A stretch of 64,000 nucleotides of DNA from Octopus vulgaris (taxonomy: Eukaryota): assembly GCA_951406725.2 (NCBI GenBank), contig OX597832.1, forward strand, positions 56,544,001 through 56,608,000. Direction: 5' to 3'. Shown here piece by piece: positions 55,101 to 64,000 of the stretch (positions are counted from its first letter, which is position 1; every line of letters starts with the position of its first letter). The position numbers and the translations under genes were made by a program. A model generated the notes under the pieces. That model was not told the origin of the DNA and searched no databases. It saw nothing but the letters and a program-made list of their open reading frames with translations.

Positions 55101-58100
55101 CTCTTTCCTCCTGCATCTTGCAGCTCACCTGCGACGGACCAGCGTCCCGTCCAGGTGGGGAGCCTATACGCCAAGGAAACCGGGGAACCGGCCCTTATGA
55201 GCCAGGCATGGCACGAGAAGGAACAAACAAAAAACATGTATTCCCTGTTTTCCCTCTGGATTAAAGATGTTTAGTTCATGTAGTGTTTTTCCAGTACTGT
55301 GGGTAAAATTTTTTAAAGTTACAAACAGGAAATGAAATAAATTGAATATTTTTAATTTAATGAATTATAGAATTTAGCTTGAAGCTTATTTGAAGAAATG
55401 TTTTTAAAAAAAGGGTAATGAAAGAATTATGTCCCTTGTTTATCAGCACTGGTGTCATACTCTGTCTGTTAGTGTTAAACATGTACACACGCAAACCTTG
55501 TGTTGTGTGTGTGTGTGTGTGACTTCATATTTGAAGAATTATTTGTCCTTTCTTTTAACCCTTTCGTTATCAACCTGGCTGAAACCACTCCTAGCTCTGT
55601 ACTTCAAATGTCTTGTTTTCATAAGTCCTGAATTAAAATCTTCCACCAAACCTTAGACACAATTTATGTTCCTAACACTAGCTTAATGATAACTAAGTTA
55701 TTTTACTAAATTCTTTGTTGTATTTAAAATTAATTGAAAGGAACACAGAACATCTCCTCAACAGAAATATGGTAACAAAAGGGTTAAAATATATAATAAA
55801 TAAACAATTCTTAACCCTTTCGATACCAACCTGGCTGAAATCACCACTGGCTCTGTAGTACAAATGTCTTGTTTTCAAAAGTTCTGAATTAAAATCTTCC
55901 TCCCGACCTTAGTCACAATTTATGTTCCTAACACTAGCTGAATGATATCCAAGTCATTTTACTAAATTCTTTGTTATATTTAAAATAATTGAAAGAAACA
56001 CAGAGCATCTCAAAATAAATAGTGATGAAAGGGTTAAACTCTTTATCCCTCTACGCCATCCTGTATACTCCCTGTGTACTCTACAATAACCCAGTTTTTC
56101 GTACTGTACTCTATATTCTCTCTTTAGCCTTACTGTACTCAATAATGTGCTGAAAGCTTTTATGAATCAGTTTCTCTTGTATTTCTTTCAGACATGCGGA
56201 AGTGATGAAAAAGATAATCGAAACAGTAGCAGAAGGCGGCGGTGACCTCAGTGTTCACATGTATCCTTTATTGACCTCTCATAGAGCGGTTATGTCTTCT
56301 GTAGGAATGTCTTTGATTTTATGCAGATAACGAAATCGATCAACATCAATGGAAATTGCAGCTGTGATACCAGTGCCGGTGGTACGTAAGAGAACCATCC
56401 AAATGTGGCCGTTGCCTGCACCACCCCGACTGGCCTCGTGCCGGTGGCACGTAAAAAGCACCATCCGATCGTGGCCGTTGTGAGCCTCGCCTGGCCCCCG
56501 TGCCGGTAGCACGTAATAAGCACCATCTGATCGTGGCCGTTTGCCAGCCTCGTCTGGCACCTGTGCCAGTGGCACGTAAAAAGCACCCACTACACTCACG
56601 GAGTGGTTGGCGTTAAGAAGGGCATCCAGCCGTAGAAACATTGCCAGATAAGACTCGGCCTGGTGCAGCCTTCTGGCTTTCCAGACCCCAGTTGAACTGT
56701 TCAACCCATGCTAGCATGGAAAGCGGACGCTAAACGATGATGATGATGATGATAATGATGCAGTTTTAGAAGACAGGCAAAGATGGGAGCCAGGCAGGAA
56801 TTTCTACTTTTGAGCCCACGTCAATATACGAGGGGTGTATGGAAAGTCTTGAGCCTCAAAAAAACAAAACATGGTACAAGACTTCAAGGCTTGAAAATTT
56901 TCATGTACCCTTTGTATAATTATCAACTTGATGTGTGATAAAGTTCTGTAGATAGGCGTAGGAGTGGCTGTATGGTAAGTAGCTTGCTAACAAACCACAT
57001 GGTTCCAGGTTCAGTCCCATTGCTTGGCACTTTCGGCAAGTGTCCTCTACTATAGCCCCGGGCTGACCAAAGCCTTGTGAGTGAACTTGGTAGATGGAAA
57101 CTGAAAGAAGCCTGTCGTATATATGTGTATGCATATATATATGTATGTATGTGTGTATATGTTTGTGTAATCCAAACATGAAAGCACAAAGAGAAAACAC
57201 AACAACGCGAGGACGTGGAACGAGTATAGTGTTAATGGACGCTCAGGAAAGGAAAGAAAGAAGGAGGATTTAACGTTTCGAGCGGAGCTCTTCATCAGAA
57301 ACATAGGAAAAGGAAAGATCCAAGGAAGGGAAGACGGAGGAAAAAAAATCGCCAACGGTAAACACGCGGTCACATATACATATATATATGTACGTGAGTG
57401 TATATGTTTGTGTGTCTGTGTTTGTCCCCCCAACATCGCTTGACAACCGATGTTGGTGTGTTTACATCCCCGTAACTTAGCGGTTTGGCAAAAAAGACCG
57501 ATAGAATAAATACTAGGCTTACAGAGAATAAGTCCTGGGGTCGATTTGCTCGACTAAAGGCAATGCTCCGGCATGGCCTCAGTCAAATGACTGAAACAAG
57601 TAAAATAGTAAAAGACTATTTAGAACCTTTCAAACTGAGGAATTGGATTATTATTGAGCTGGGTTATTGCGATTATTATTCTTTTATTGGTTTCAGTCAT
57701 TTGACTGCGGCCATGCTGGAGCACCGCCTTTTAGTTGAACAAATCGACCCCAGGACTTATTCTTTGTAAGCCTTATATTTACTTATTCTGTCAGTGTCTT
57801 TTGCCAAATCGCTAAGTTACGGGGACATAAACACACCAACATCGGTTGTCAATCAATAGTGGAGGGATAATCAGACACACAAACATATACATACATATAT
57901 ATGACGGGCTTCTTTCAGTTTCTGTCTACCAAATCCACTCACAAGTCACTAGGCTTTGGTCGGCCTGAGGCTACAGTAGAAGACACTTGCCCAAGGTGCC
58001 ATGCAGTGGGACTGAACTTGGAACCATGTAGTTGGTAAGCAGGCTACTTACCACACAGCCACTCCACATATTGTTATTCATATATTATCTGAATTGTTTA

Positions 58101-58174
58101 AAATAAATAAATAGAAATAATATAATGTCTAACTACTGATGAATAATACCTCTGGATTCCTTCCATTTTTTTCT

Positions 58175-58237
<63 letters not shown>

Positions 58238-58484
58238 AAGTAAGGGCAAAAGAAAAAATTACTAATGCCAAAATATGCCAAAAATAGATATAACGTCAAT
58301 AACCATGTCATTTATCACTACAAGCACTAACTCTGAAATCGGGTCCGATATGGTTATAACGGGATTTTTTAGAAATTTCTTACTTGCTCTTACTTATAAA
58401 TTGTTTATAAATTTAACCTTTAAAGGTATTCTTTAATATGCTGGCCATTGATAGAATTTCTTTTGAAAAATTTTATCTTACATT

Positions 58485-58532
<48 letters not shown>

Positions 58533-58826
58533 GTAGGGAATATAATTCCACACTTACAGGGAAAAATTCAATTTAGCAATTTTAAATCAAATTTCACAAT
58601 ATATAATATATGTATATAATTTAGAGAAAAACCACTATTAAACAATTCAGTGATGAAAGATGTTATTCACACCATATAGAAAACGTATACTATAAAAACC
58701 TTATAAAAATCAATGAAGTACCTTCATGTTTATTTACATTATTTACATTTGACATACCCTCCAGCTTTCATCAGGTGTCTTGGGGAAATTTCGAACCTGG
58801 GTTTTCATCCTTAAGGTATTTTTTAA

Positions 58827-58862
<36 letters not shown>

Positions 58863-59340
58863 TGTCACTGCCTGGAATCGAACTCTGGCATATAGCATAA
58901 TGGTTAAGAGCGTGGGCTACTAACCCCAAGATTCCGAGTTTGATTCCAGGCAGTGACCTGAATAATAACAATAATAATAATAATAATAATATCAAAAAAT
59001 ACCTTAGGAATGAGAACCCAGATTTGAAATTTCCCTAAGACACCTGATGAAAGCTGGAGAGTACATCAGCCGAAATATTGTGTTTGCAATAAACAAGATG
59101 AGGACAAATATCCGTCAAATGTAAATAATATAAATAATGTAAATAATGTACATAATTCCTCATCTCTTAAATATAGAATGGTTCATGTTTATATTTTGTT
59201 GCATTTCTTTTTTTGTTTTTTTTCTTACTTTATTTTCCTTGACTCCCTTTTCCAACAGGTATCTATTAATCTTTCTAAAATTTGTCCAGGCAGTAATTCC
59301 CACCATCGAATACGACTACACACAACACTTCACAATGTGA
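18768..59340 (+). CDS. ATG3: ATG3, ubiquitin-like-conjugating enzyme (autophagy E2 for ATG8 lipidation); join(18768..18839,26479..26520,34513..34633,36763..36873,39654..39709,48739..48861,51499..51648,53327..53454,56192..56260,59259..59340), 317 aa
   Basis: Hand-spliced exons sum to 954 nt with consistent phases. The translation [32 protein letters not shown]...[26 protein letters not shown]...[16 protein letters not shown]...[26 protein letters not shown] is colinear with metazoan ATG3. Confidence 0.97.
23543..24235 (-). mobile_element. RTE 3' fragment nested in a TTAA MITE
   Basis: RTE tail and ORF-end sequence; MITE sequence continues on both sides. Confidence 0.8.
24354..24680 (+). mobile_element. 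tRNA-derived SINE (tgaaggtgcatggctcagtgg head), with TSD; related copies at about 6948-7988- and 11220-11505-
   Basis: A/B boxes, cttgagcaagacact core, TSD gacagtaatctga/gactgtaatctga. Confidence 0.75.
26479..26520 (+). CDS. ATG3: ATG3 exon 2 ([14 protein letters not shown])
   Basis: tttggcag acceptor, GTGAGT donor, conserved peptide. Confidence 0.95.
26715..27200. repeat. ~26-28-bp minisatellite
   Basis: Unit about tgtgacatgtaaaaggggcacacatgcc, followed by an RTE tail at about 27205-27365. Confidence 0.9.
30533..31012. mobile_element. Dimer of piggyBac-like TTAA MITEs
   Basis: TTAA|CCCTTT...AAAGG(G/C)|TTAA units at 30537-30757 and 30789-31008. Confidence 0.8.
32881..33666 (+). mobile_element. 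Internally deleted Tc1/mariner-type DNA transposon
   Basis: TA|CAGGGTGTG...CACACCCTG|TA termini; transposase remnants [11 protein letters not shown]...[13 protein letters not shown] and [16 protein letters not shown]. Confidence 0.88.
34513..34633 (+). CDS. ATG3: ATG3 exon 3 ([40 protein letters not shown])
   Basis: ttattag acceptor, GTAAGT donor, conserved peptide. Confidence 0.95.
36763..36873 (+). CDS. ATG3: ATG3 exon 4 (VPCYKRVKQ...[14 protein letters not shown]; includes the WVDT motif)
   Basis: gtgtag acceptor, GTAAAT donor, phase 1/1. Confidence 0.95.
37025..37140. repeat. 15-16-bp tandem repeat
   Basis: About 7 copies of gtatggtcatgtgac. Confidence 0.9.
38261..38614 (-). mobile_element. 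Non-autonomous Helitron (copy 2)
   Basis: Same sequence family as 14731-15093. Confidence 0.75.
38820..39240 (+). mobile_element. Full-length tRNA-derived SINE with CORE-like cttgggcaagt motif and internal (TA)/(TG) microsatellite; other copies at about 6166-6790-, 27493-27895-, 33690-34090+, 56955-57612+, 57680-58066-
   Basis: A-box tggctgtgtgg, B-box ggttcagtccc, repetitive aaagagt tail, many dispersed copies. Confidence 0.85.
39274..39616 (+). ncRNA. Candidate structured intronic ncRNA of unknown family (H/ACA-like 3' end)
   Basis: GC/CpG-rich single-copy stretch; several nested helices found by eye, with G-U pairs favouring the + strand; terminal hairpin followed by ACA at 39611-39613. 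Confidence 0.45.
39654..39709 (+). CDS. ATG3: ATG3 exon 5 ([19 protein letters not shown]; flexible region)
   Basis: Strong tctttacag acceptor and CAG|GTAAGT donor; phase 1 to 0 bridges exons 4 and 6; weak similarity to human TEAVKEITLE. Confidence 0.85.
39950..40110. repeat. 18-bp GC-rich tandem repeat
   Basis: About 8 copies of ccgcccttgtcgcaccac. Confidence 0.85.
42821..43030. repeat. Inverted repeat with ~74-bp arms and ~62-nt spacer
   Basis: ttctgttgtgtctggggagagtcattttctttttgtgccttataat is mirrored exactly at about 42985-43030. Confidence 0.9.
43635..43863. mobile_element. Intact piggyBac-like TTAA MITE (second family); interrupted copies at about 6090-8130, 23458-24708, 63850-64000
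   Basis: TTAA|CCCTTTAG...CTAAAGGG|TTAA termini. Confidence 0.8.
46224..47075. mobile_element. Two tandem hAT-type MITEs (46224-46498 and 46507-47075) sharing an 8-bp target
   Basis: ATCTAGTG at 46216-46223 and 46499-46506, GCCTAGTG at 47076-47083; TIRs tggttctcaacc/ggttaagaacca and cagtgctc/gagcactg. Confidence 0.75.
46596..46992 (-). mobile_element. Non-autonomous Helitron nested in a hAT MITE
   Basis: Minus strand A|TC... 5' end; subterminal hairpin cccgagcaacgcaggg and CTAG|T 3' end. Confidence 0.75.
47515..48665. repeat. Long imperfect inverted repeat (arms about 47515-47935 and 48215-48665)
   Basis: gggttaatgttgacatt/aatgtcaacattaaccc outer ends; several 30-100 nt reverse-complementary blocks. 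Confidence 0.85.
48739..48861 (+). CDS. ATG3: ATG3 exon 6 ([41 protein letters not shown])
   Basis: Acidic tract plus [15 protein letters not shown] motif. The acceptor is AAG after a long T tract and the donor is GTGATT, so the boundaries are less certain. Confidence 0.85.
49765..49996 (-). mobile_element. tRNA-derived SINE with Meta-domain-like core (gtcgactttgcctttcatcctttcggggtcgat...agtaccag); copies at about 4985-5404-, 15200-15428+, 62095-62510+, 62912-63312+
   Basis: B-box gagttcaaattcc; dispersed near-identical copies. The domain name is from recall. Confidence 0.8.
51499..51648 (+). CDS. ATG3: ATG3 exon 7 (ATIEIRP...[28 protein letters not shown])
   Basis: ttctccag acceptor, GTAAGA donor, hallmark ATG3 motif. 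Confidence 0.96.
52486..53145. repeat. 42-bp minisatellite, about 15-16 copies
   Basis: Unit gcctccatgaggccctacgcttgaaaggaactcagccacttt. Confidence 0.95.
53327..53454 (+). CDS. ATG3: ATG3 exon 8 ([43 protein letters not shown]; catalytic Cys at 53450-53452)
   Basis: ttatag acceptor; ends at AG|GCAAGT (GC donor); contains the HPC active site. Confidence 0.94.
53588..53982. repeat. 20-bp minisatellite, about 19 copies
   Basis: Unit gagacactgagggcagcctc. Confidence 0.93.
54925..55235 (+). mobile_element. tRNA-derived SINE, single CpG-rich copy in this window
   Basis: tggcctagtgg A-box, gagttcgaatc B-box, cctgcgacggaccagcgtcccgtccagg domain, (aaac)n tail. Confidence 0.8.
55555..56037. mobile_element. 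Second copy of the same TTAA MITE dimer
   Basis: Units at 55559-55783 and 55815-56033 with the same spacer as the 30.5-kb copy. Confidence 0.8.
56192..56260 (+). CDS. ATG3: ATG3 exon 9 ([23 protein letters not shown])
   Basis: tctttcag acceptor; followed by the U12-type donor GTATCCTTT. Confidence 0.95.
56330..56760 (+). mobile_element. RTE 3'UTR/tail fragment (similar copies at about 7410-7795-, 32462-32803-, 50222-50590+)
   Basis: Shared tail motif and (GAT)n end. Confidence 0.8.
57268..57302 (-). ncRNA. Minimal Penelope-type hammerhead ribozyme motif
   Basis: Minus strand gttt-CTGATGA-a-gagc-tcc-gctc-GAAA-cg-TT-aaat; intact core with palindromic ACGU helix III. Confidence 0.7.
59259..59340 (+). 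CDS. ATG3: ATG3 exon 10, last coding exon ([26 protein letters not shown])
   Basis: Conserved C-terminus; TGA at 59338-59340; preceded by a U12 branch site and CAG. Confidence 0.96.
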
Positions 59341-59770
59341 TGCAATCAAGAACATCAGTATTAGCTGTTTAAAGCAGACTCAGCTCTTCTTTATGTTTTA
59401 ATTTCCCTCCCAGCTGCTCGACCAACCAACAGATTGGACTTTGAAGAAGTCAGCAGCGGCCAGCAATTTTGGGTACTGCTGCTGCTACCATGCCCCGTAG
59501 TGACCAACAAGACTCTAGGGACCACTCAGCTTGTGCTCTCAAACATTTTCCTTTTTTTTTTTTAGGATGGTTTTTTTCCTTTTTTTTTTTTACCTGAGAC
59601 TACACACAAACACCTTATATATATATATATATACACACAAATATATATATATACATACATATATACACACAAATATATATATATATATACACACAAATAT
59701 ATATATATACATACACACAATTATATATATATATACATACAGACACACAATTATATATATATATATACAG

Positions 59771-59812
<42 letters not shown>

Positions 59813-59883
59813 TTAAATACTTACCTCCTTTGCTGTTGGAAAATAATTATTGTTTTAGTCTAAAGTTAATTAAAGTAATTATA

Positions 59884-60237
59884 AATAAATTTTTATTTTG
59901 TATTTACATAATTTAGTTTTATTAATTTTAAACCAAATGATAATTATTATTATTTTTTTTTTCTGTGATTTCCAATGATACAAAATTAAAGGTTTAGGTG
60001 CTATTTTTAGCACCGACCACCATCTGGTTCATTTCCTGTACTCATGGCTCCAACTGCGACTTCTGTGGTTCTACATTCGGTCGTCTCAGATATTTAAGTT
60101 GGTTTCAGTTATCGAGCAAAAATGCTTTCAAAGTTTGAAAGAACCGGTAAAAATATAAAGTTTTTTTTTGTCTATTTTTTTTCCTTTTTTTTTTTTTTCG
60201 TGGTTTCTTTAATCTATGCAAGCATTTATTTAATAAA
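59884..60237 (+). terminator. Candidate ATG3 polyadenylation signals (AATAAA at 59884 and 60232)
   Basis: AATAAA hexamers downstream of the stop with U-rich flanks. The AT-rich background makes the choice uncertain. Confidence 0.35.
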
Positions 60238-60956
60238 TATTCAATATTTGTTCTGAAGAATTTAATTTAGAAAAGAGATAGAGATTATCAGATTATCTAA
60301 GAAAAAAAATAACACAAAAATAAACGAAAACAAAAAAAATCAAAACAACAACAACAGAGCCAAAAAAAAAATAAAAGAAGCAAAACAAAGACAGACATGA
60401 AATTGAAATAAACTTCAGAATAAATGAGAAACAATAAAGAAATGTTAAAAATTTCCACAAATTAAATTGCTGTTTATAAAGGGAGGTAACTCTGATTCAG
60501 TTGTGTACCTCCACCTCTCCTAATTTCACCCCCACCCCCGTGTTTTTTTGTTTTTGTTTTTTTTTTAATGCATTCGAAGAACTAAATTGATAGCCTTACA
60601 AATTGTAAAGTTTTTCTGAGAAATTATTCACAGTCAGAATCTTCGAAAGACTTAATAAACGCCAATTTTTTAAAAGAAATTTCTTGCTTTTTTTATTCAT
60701 TGAAATCAGGTCTGTGTGATTTTTTTTGTTACCTTTCCCTCATTTCAGGCATTGACCTGTGGCCATGCTGGAGCATTGCCTTGAAGGGTTTAGTCAAACA
60801 AATTATTCCCCAGTAACTATTTTTAAGCTTGGTTCTTGTTCTGTCAGTCTCTTTTCCCAAACTGCTAAGTTACTGGAACATAAACAAACCAACGCTGGTT
60901 ATCAAGCATTTGTGGGGGACAAACAGTACAAACCCAGGACCACACACATGCACGTG

Positions 60957-60996
<40 letters not shown>

Positions 60997-63900
60997 TAAC
61001 AGGCTTCTTCCAGTTTTTTATTTCTTTATTGCCCACAAGGGGCTAAACATGGAGGGGACAGACAAAGGGATTAAGTCAATTACATCAACCCCAATGTGAC
61101 GGGCTTCTTTCAGCTTATATGAAATCCACTCGCAAGGCTTTGGTTAACCCAGGGCTAAAGTAGACACATGGCCCAGGTGCCATTCAGTGGAAGTGAACTG
61201 AAGACCACATGATTGGAAAGCAAGCTTCTTTGTCACACAGTCACGCCTGCATGCATTTAACCCATTAATTAAATTTCATGGTCATTACCATAATGATATT
61301 AATTATCCTCCAAAAACCTAGAATTTATATTTTCTTTTGCAAATTTTGGTGGCATCTGCTGTAGGTATGGCTTTCATATCCATCATCGAAAGTATTTGAT
61401 TCCAGCCCTGTAAAGAGATATTTGATGAAATATTGGGAAGAATTAAAATCTGAAAATATTGTAGAAAGTGTCACTGGGAGATGGAGGTTCTCTGTTAGTC
61501 ACAGCACATGGAAAAGTTTGTTTCAAAACCATGAGGAGAAAAGCAGCTTTCTGTAGTTAATTGTGATAAAATGCAGAATGTGGAGAGCTGGCTGATTGGT
61601 TAGAGTGTCAGATCAAGTGCTTTCTAATATTCGTTTTGACGCTAGGCATTCTCAGTTCAAATCTCGCCAAAGTCAATTTTTTAATGGCAGTGCCCCAGCA
61701 TGGCCACAGCTCGTGAGCTAAAACTAGACAAAATAAAAAAAAAATTTTTTAATCTGTTTTTTGTGTTCAAATGTTAAAGTATTTTCATTGAACTAAAAGC
61801 TAATCTGCTGCTATTACAATGTCTTTCAATACTGTGTCCCCACATGAAGACAAACTGTTATGTAAAACCTGTGTGCAATCAACAACCGCAAAAGAGGAAT
61901 TGGGAATATATTGGCAACTAAAGAAATAGGTGTGGCTGTGGTATGAAACCTGCTTCCCAACCACATGGTTCCTGGTTCAGTCTCACTGCGTGGCACTTTG
62001 GACAAGTCTTTTTTATTATTTCCCCCCCAAGCTTATCAAAGCCTTGTGAGTGGATTTGGTAGACAGAAACTGGAAGAAGCCCAGTGAGAAAGACAGTGAG
62101 CTGGCAGAAACGGTACCATGCCGGGCGAAATGCTTAGCGGTATTTCGTCTGCTGCTACGTTGTGAGTTCAAATTCCGCCGAGGTTGACTTTGCCTTTCAT
62201 CCTTTCGGGGTTGATTAAATAAGTACCAGTTACGCTCTGGGGTCGATATAATCGACTTAATCCATTTGTCTGTCTTTGTTTGTCCTCTCTGTGTTTAGCC
62301 CCTTGTGGGTAGTAAAGAAATAGGTATTTTGTCTGTCTTTATGCTCTGAGTTCAAATTCTGCCGAGGTCGACTTTGCCTTTCATCCTTTCAGGGTCGATA
62401 AATTAAGTACCAGTTACGCTCTGGGGTCGATGTAATCAACTTAATCCCTTTGTCTGTCCTTGTTTGTTCCCTCTGTTTAGCCCTTGTGGGCAATAAAGAA
62501 ATAAGAAATTGGAAGAAGCCCTTTAAGTGTGTGTATGTATACATACATACATATACATATATATATATATATATTATATATATCATCATCGTTTAACGTC
62601 TGCTTTCCATGTTGGCATGGGTTGGACAGTTTGACTGAGGGCTGGTGAGCCAGAAGGCTGCACCAGGCTCCAATCTGGTCTGGCATAAAAACTTTTTCAG
62701 GGGCCCTTAAAATACTATTATAGATTCCCAGTTTACTATTTTGTGGCATGGACACCCAAAAATTTTATCTGGGCCCTGGTTGGGAACCACTGGTTCTGTA
62801 TGTAAGCTGTAGCTTGTAGCATATAGGCTATTGGTGGCAATGTGATAATTACAATACAGGCTTTTGAAGGGTTGTATATATTTAGAGAATTGGTATGAGT
62901 GCAGTGGTTACAATTTCGTCTGCCGCTACATTCTGAGTTCAAATTCCGCCGAGGTCGACTTTGCCTTTCATCCTTTTGGGGTTGATTAAATAAGTACCAG
63001 TTATGCACTGGGCTTGATATAATCGACTTAATCCATTTGTCTGTCCTTGTTTGTCCTCTCTGTGTTTAGCCCCTTGTGGGTAGTAAAGAAATAGGTATTT
63101 CGTCTGACGCTACGTTCTGAGTTCAAATTCCGCCGAGGTCGACTTTGCCTTTCATCCTTTTGGGGTCGGTTAAATAAGTACCAGTTATGCACTGGGCTTG
63201 ATATAATCGACTTAATCCGTTTGTCTGTCCTTGTTTGTCCTCTCTGTGTTTAGCCCCTTGTGGGTAGTAAAGAAATAGGTATTTCGTCTGACGCTACGTT
63301 CTGAGTTCAAATGTTGATGGCAGCTTAATATTGCTGTGAAAACCATTGTCATAGTGTTAGATAACTATATATATATATATATTGCAGTACTGAATATTTT
63401 AGGCATATTTTCTTATTTTATTTAGGAAAAAAAAAAAAAAATGCGTAGGTGGTAAGAATAACATAGTTTTCTAAGATTTTTATGTAAATTCTTTCAAAGC
63501 TGATTTTCTCTTGAAATTACTTTGTTGTGACATTTAAATAATCTTCTATTATTTTATAATCTCTACCATTTTCAGTGCTGAAAATAAAGTGAAAATATAA
63601 AGAAGAAGAAAAAAAATGTGTTTCATATAAAGAGACTTCAGTGATTTTTATCATGGTTTAAAGTTTTACTGTTTTATTGCATCAGAAAAGATTAGAATTT
63701 GTAGTTTTCTGTATTTGGCAACAGAGATACAGGAACATAGGCAATTCCTGTTGGTCTACTACATGAAATGCCTATTGGAATAAGCTAATGTTATTGTCAA
63801 ACCCCAATGAAATAGAAGTCAAAACTTGCTGCCAGATATTCTCAGTTTCCTAACCCTTTACCTTTCAGATAACTCAGTGATATTTAATATTTATTTCTTC

Positions 63901-64000
63901 AAATTGTTTTGAATTAATCATGTATTATCTTGTAGCTTCGAGATTTTGATGTTGTGATTGTTTATTTTCATCATGACATTGTAGGGTAGGTGTAAGAAGC

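Larger units (their letters stand above)
53455..56191 (+). other. GC-AG intron of ATG3
   Basis: CAG|GCAAGT donor with otherwise consensus flanks; the only junction that gives HPCRHAEVM in frame. Confidence 0.9.
56261..59258 (+). other. U12-type (minor spliceosome) GT-AG intron of ATG3
   Basis: 5' splice site GTATCCTTT; branch site TTTTCCTTGAC at 59233-59243 with the branch A 16 nt from the 3' splice site. Confidence 0.95.

Overview
AT-rich, microsatellite- and SINE-dense eukaryotic DNA whose repeat content looks like an Octopus (coleoid cephalopod) genome; the species call is inference. The window holds one complete protein-coding gene, ATG3 (autophagy E2-like enzyme), on the + strand. It has 10 coding exons from 18768 to 59340, a 954-nt CDS and 317 aa, assembled by hand. 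Its last two introns are non-canonical: a GC-AG intron directly after the catalytic HPC cysteine, and a U12-type (minor spliceosome) GT-AG intron. The rest is mostly decayed mobile DNA: RTE and R4/Dong LINE pieces, several tRNA-derived SINE families, Tc1/mariner, hAT, piggyBac-like and Helitron non-autonomous elements, and minisatellites. Three signals stand out. (1) A CpG-rich ~345-nt stretch in ATG3 intron 4 folds by eye into a multi-domain RNA ending in ACA, and I could not match it to a known family. (2) A tRNA-headed SINE family carries a Penelope-type minimal hammerhead ribozyme and shows inverted or permuted copies; other hammerhead-bearing repeats are also present. (3) Long intronic inverted repeats are candidate ADAR substrates. 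Nearly all ORFs in the supplied track are artefacts of repeats.
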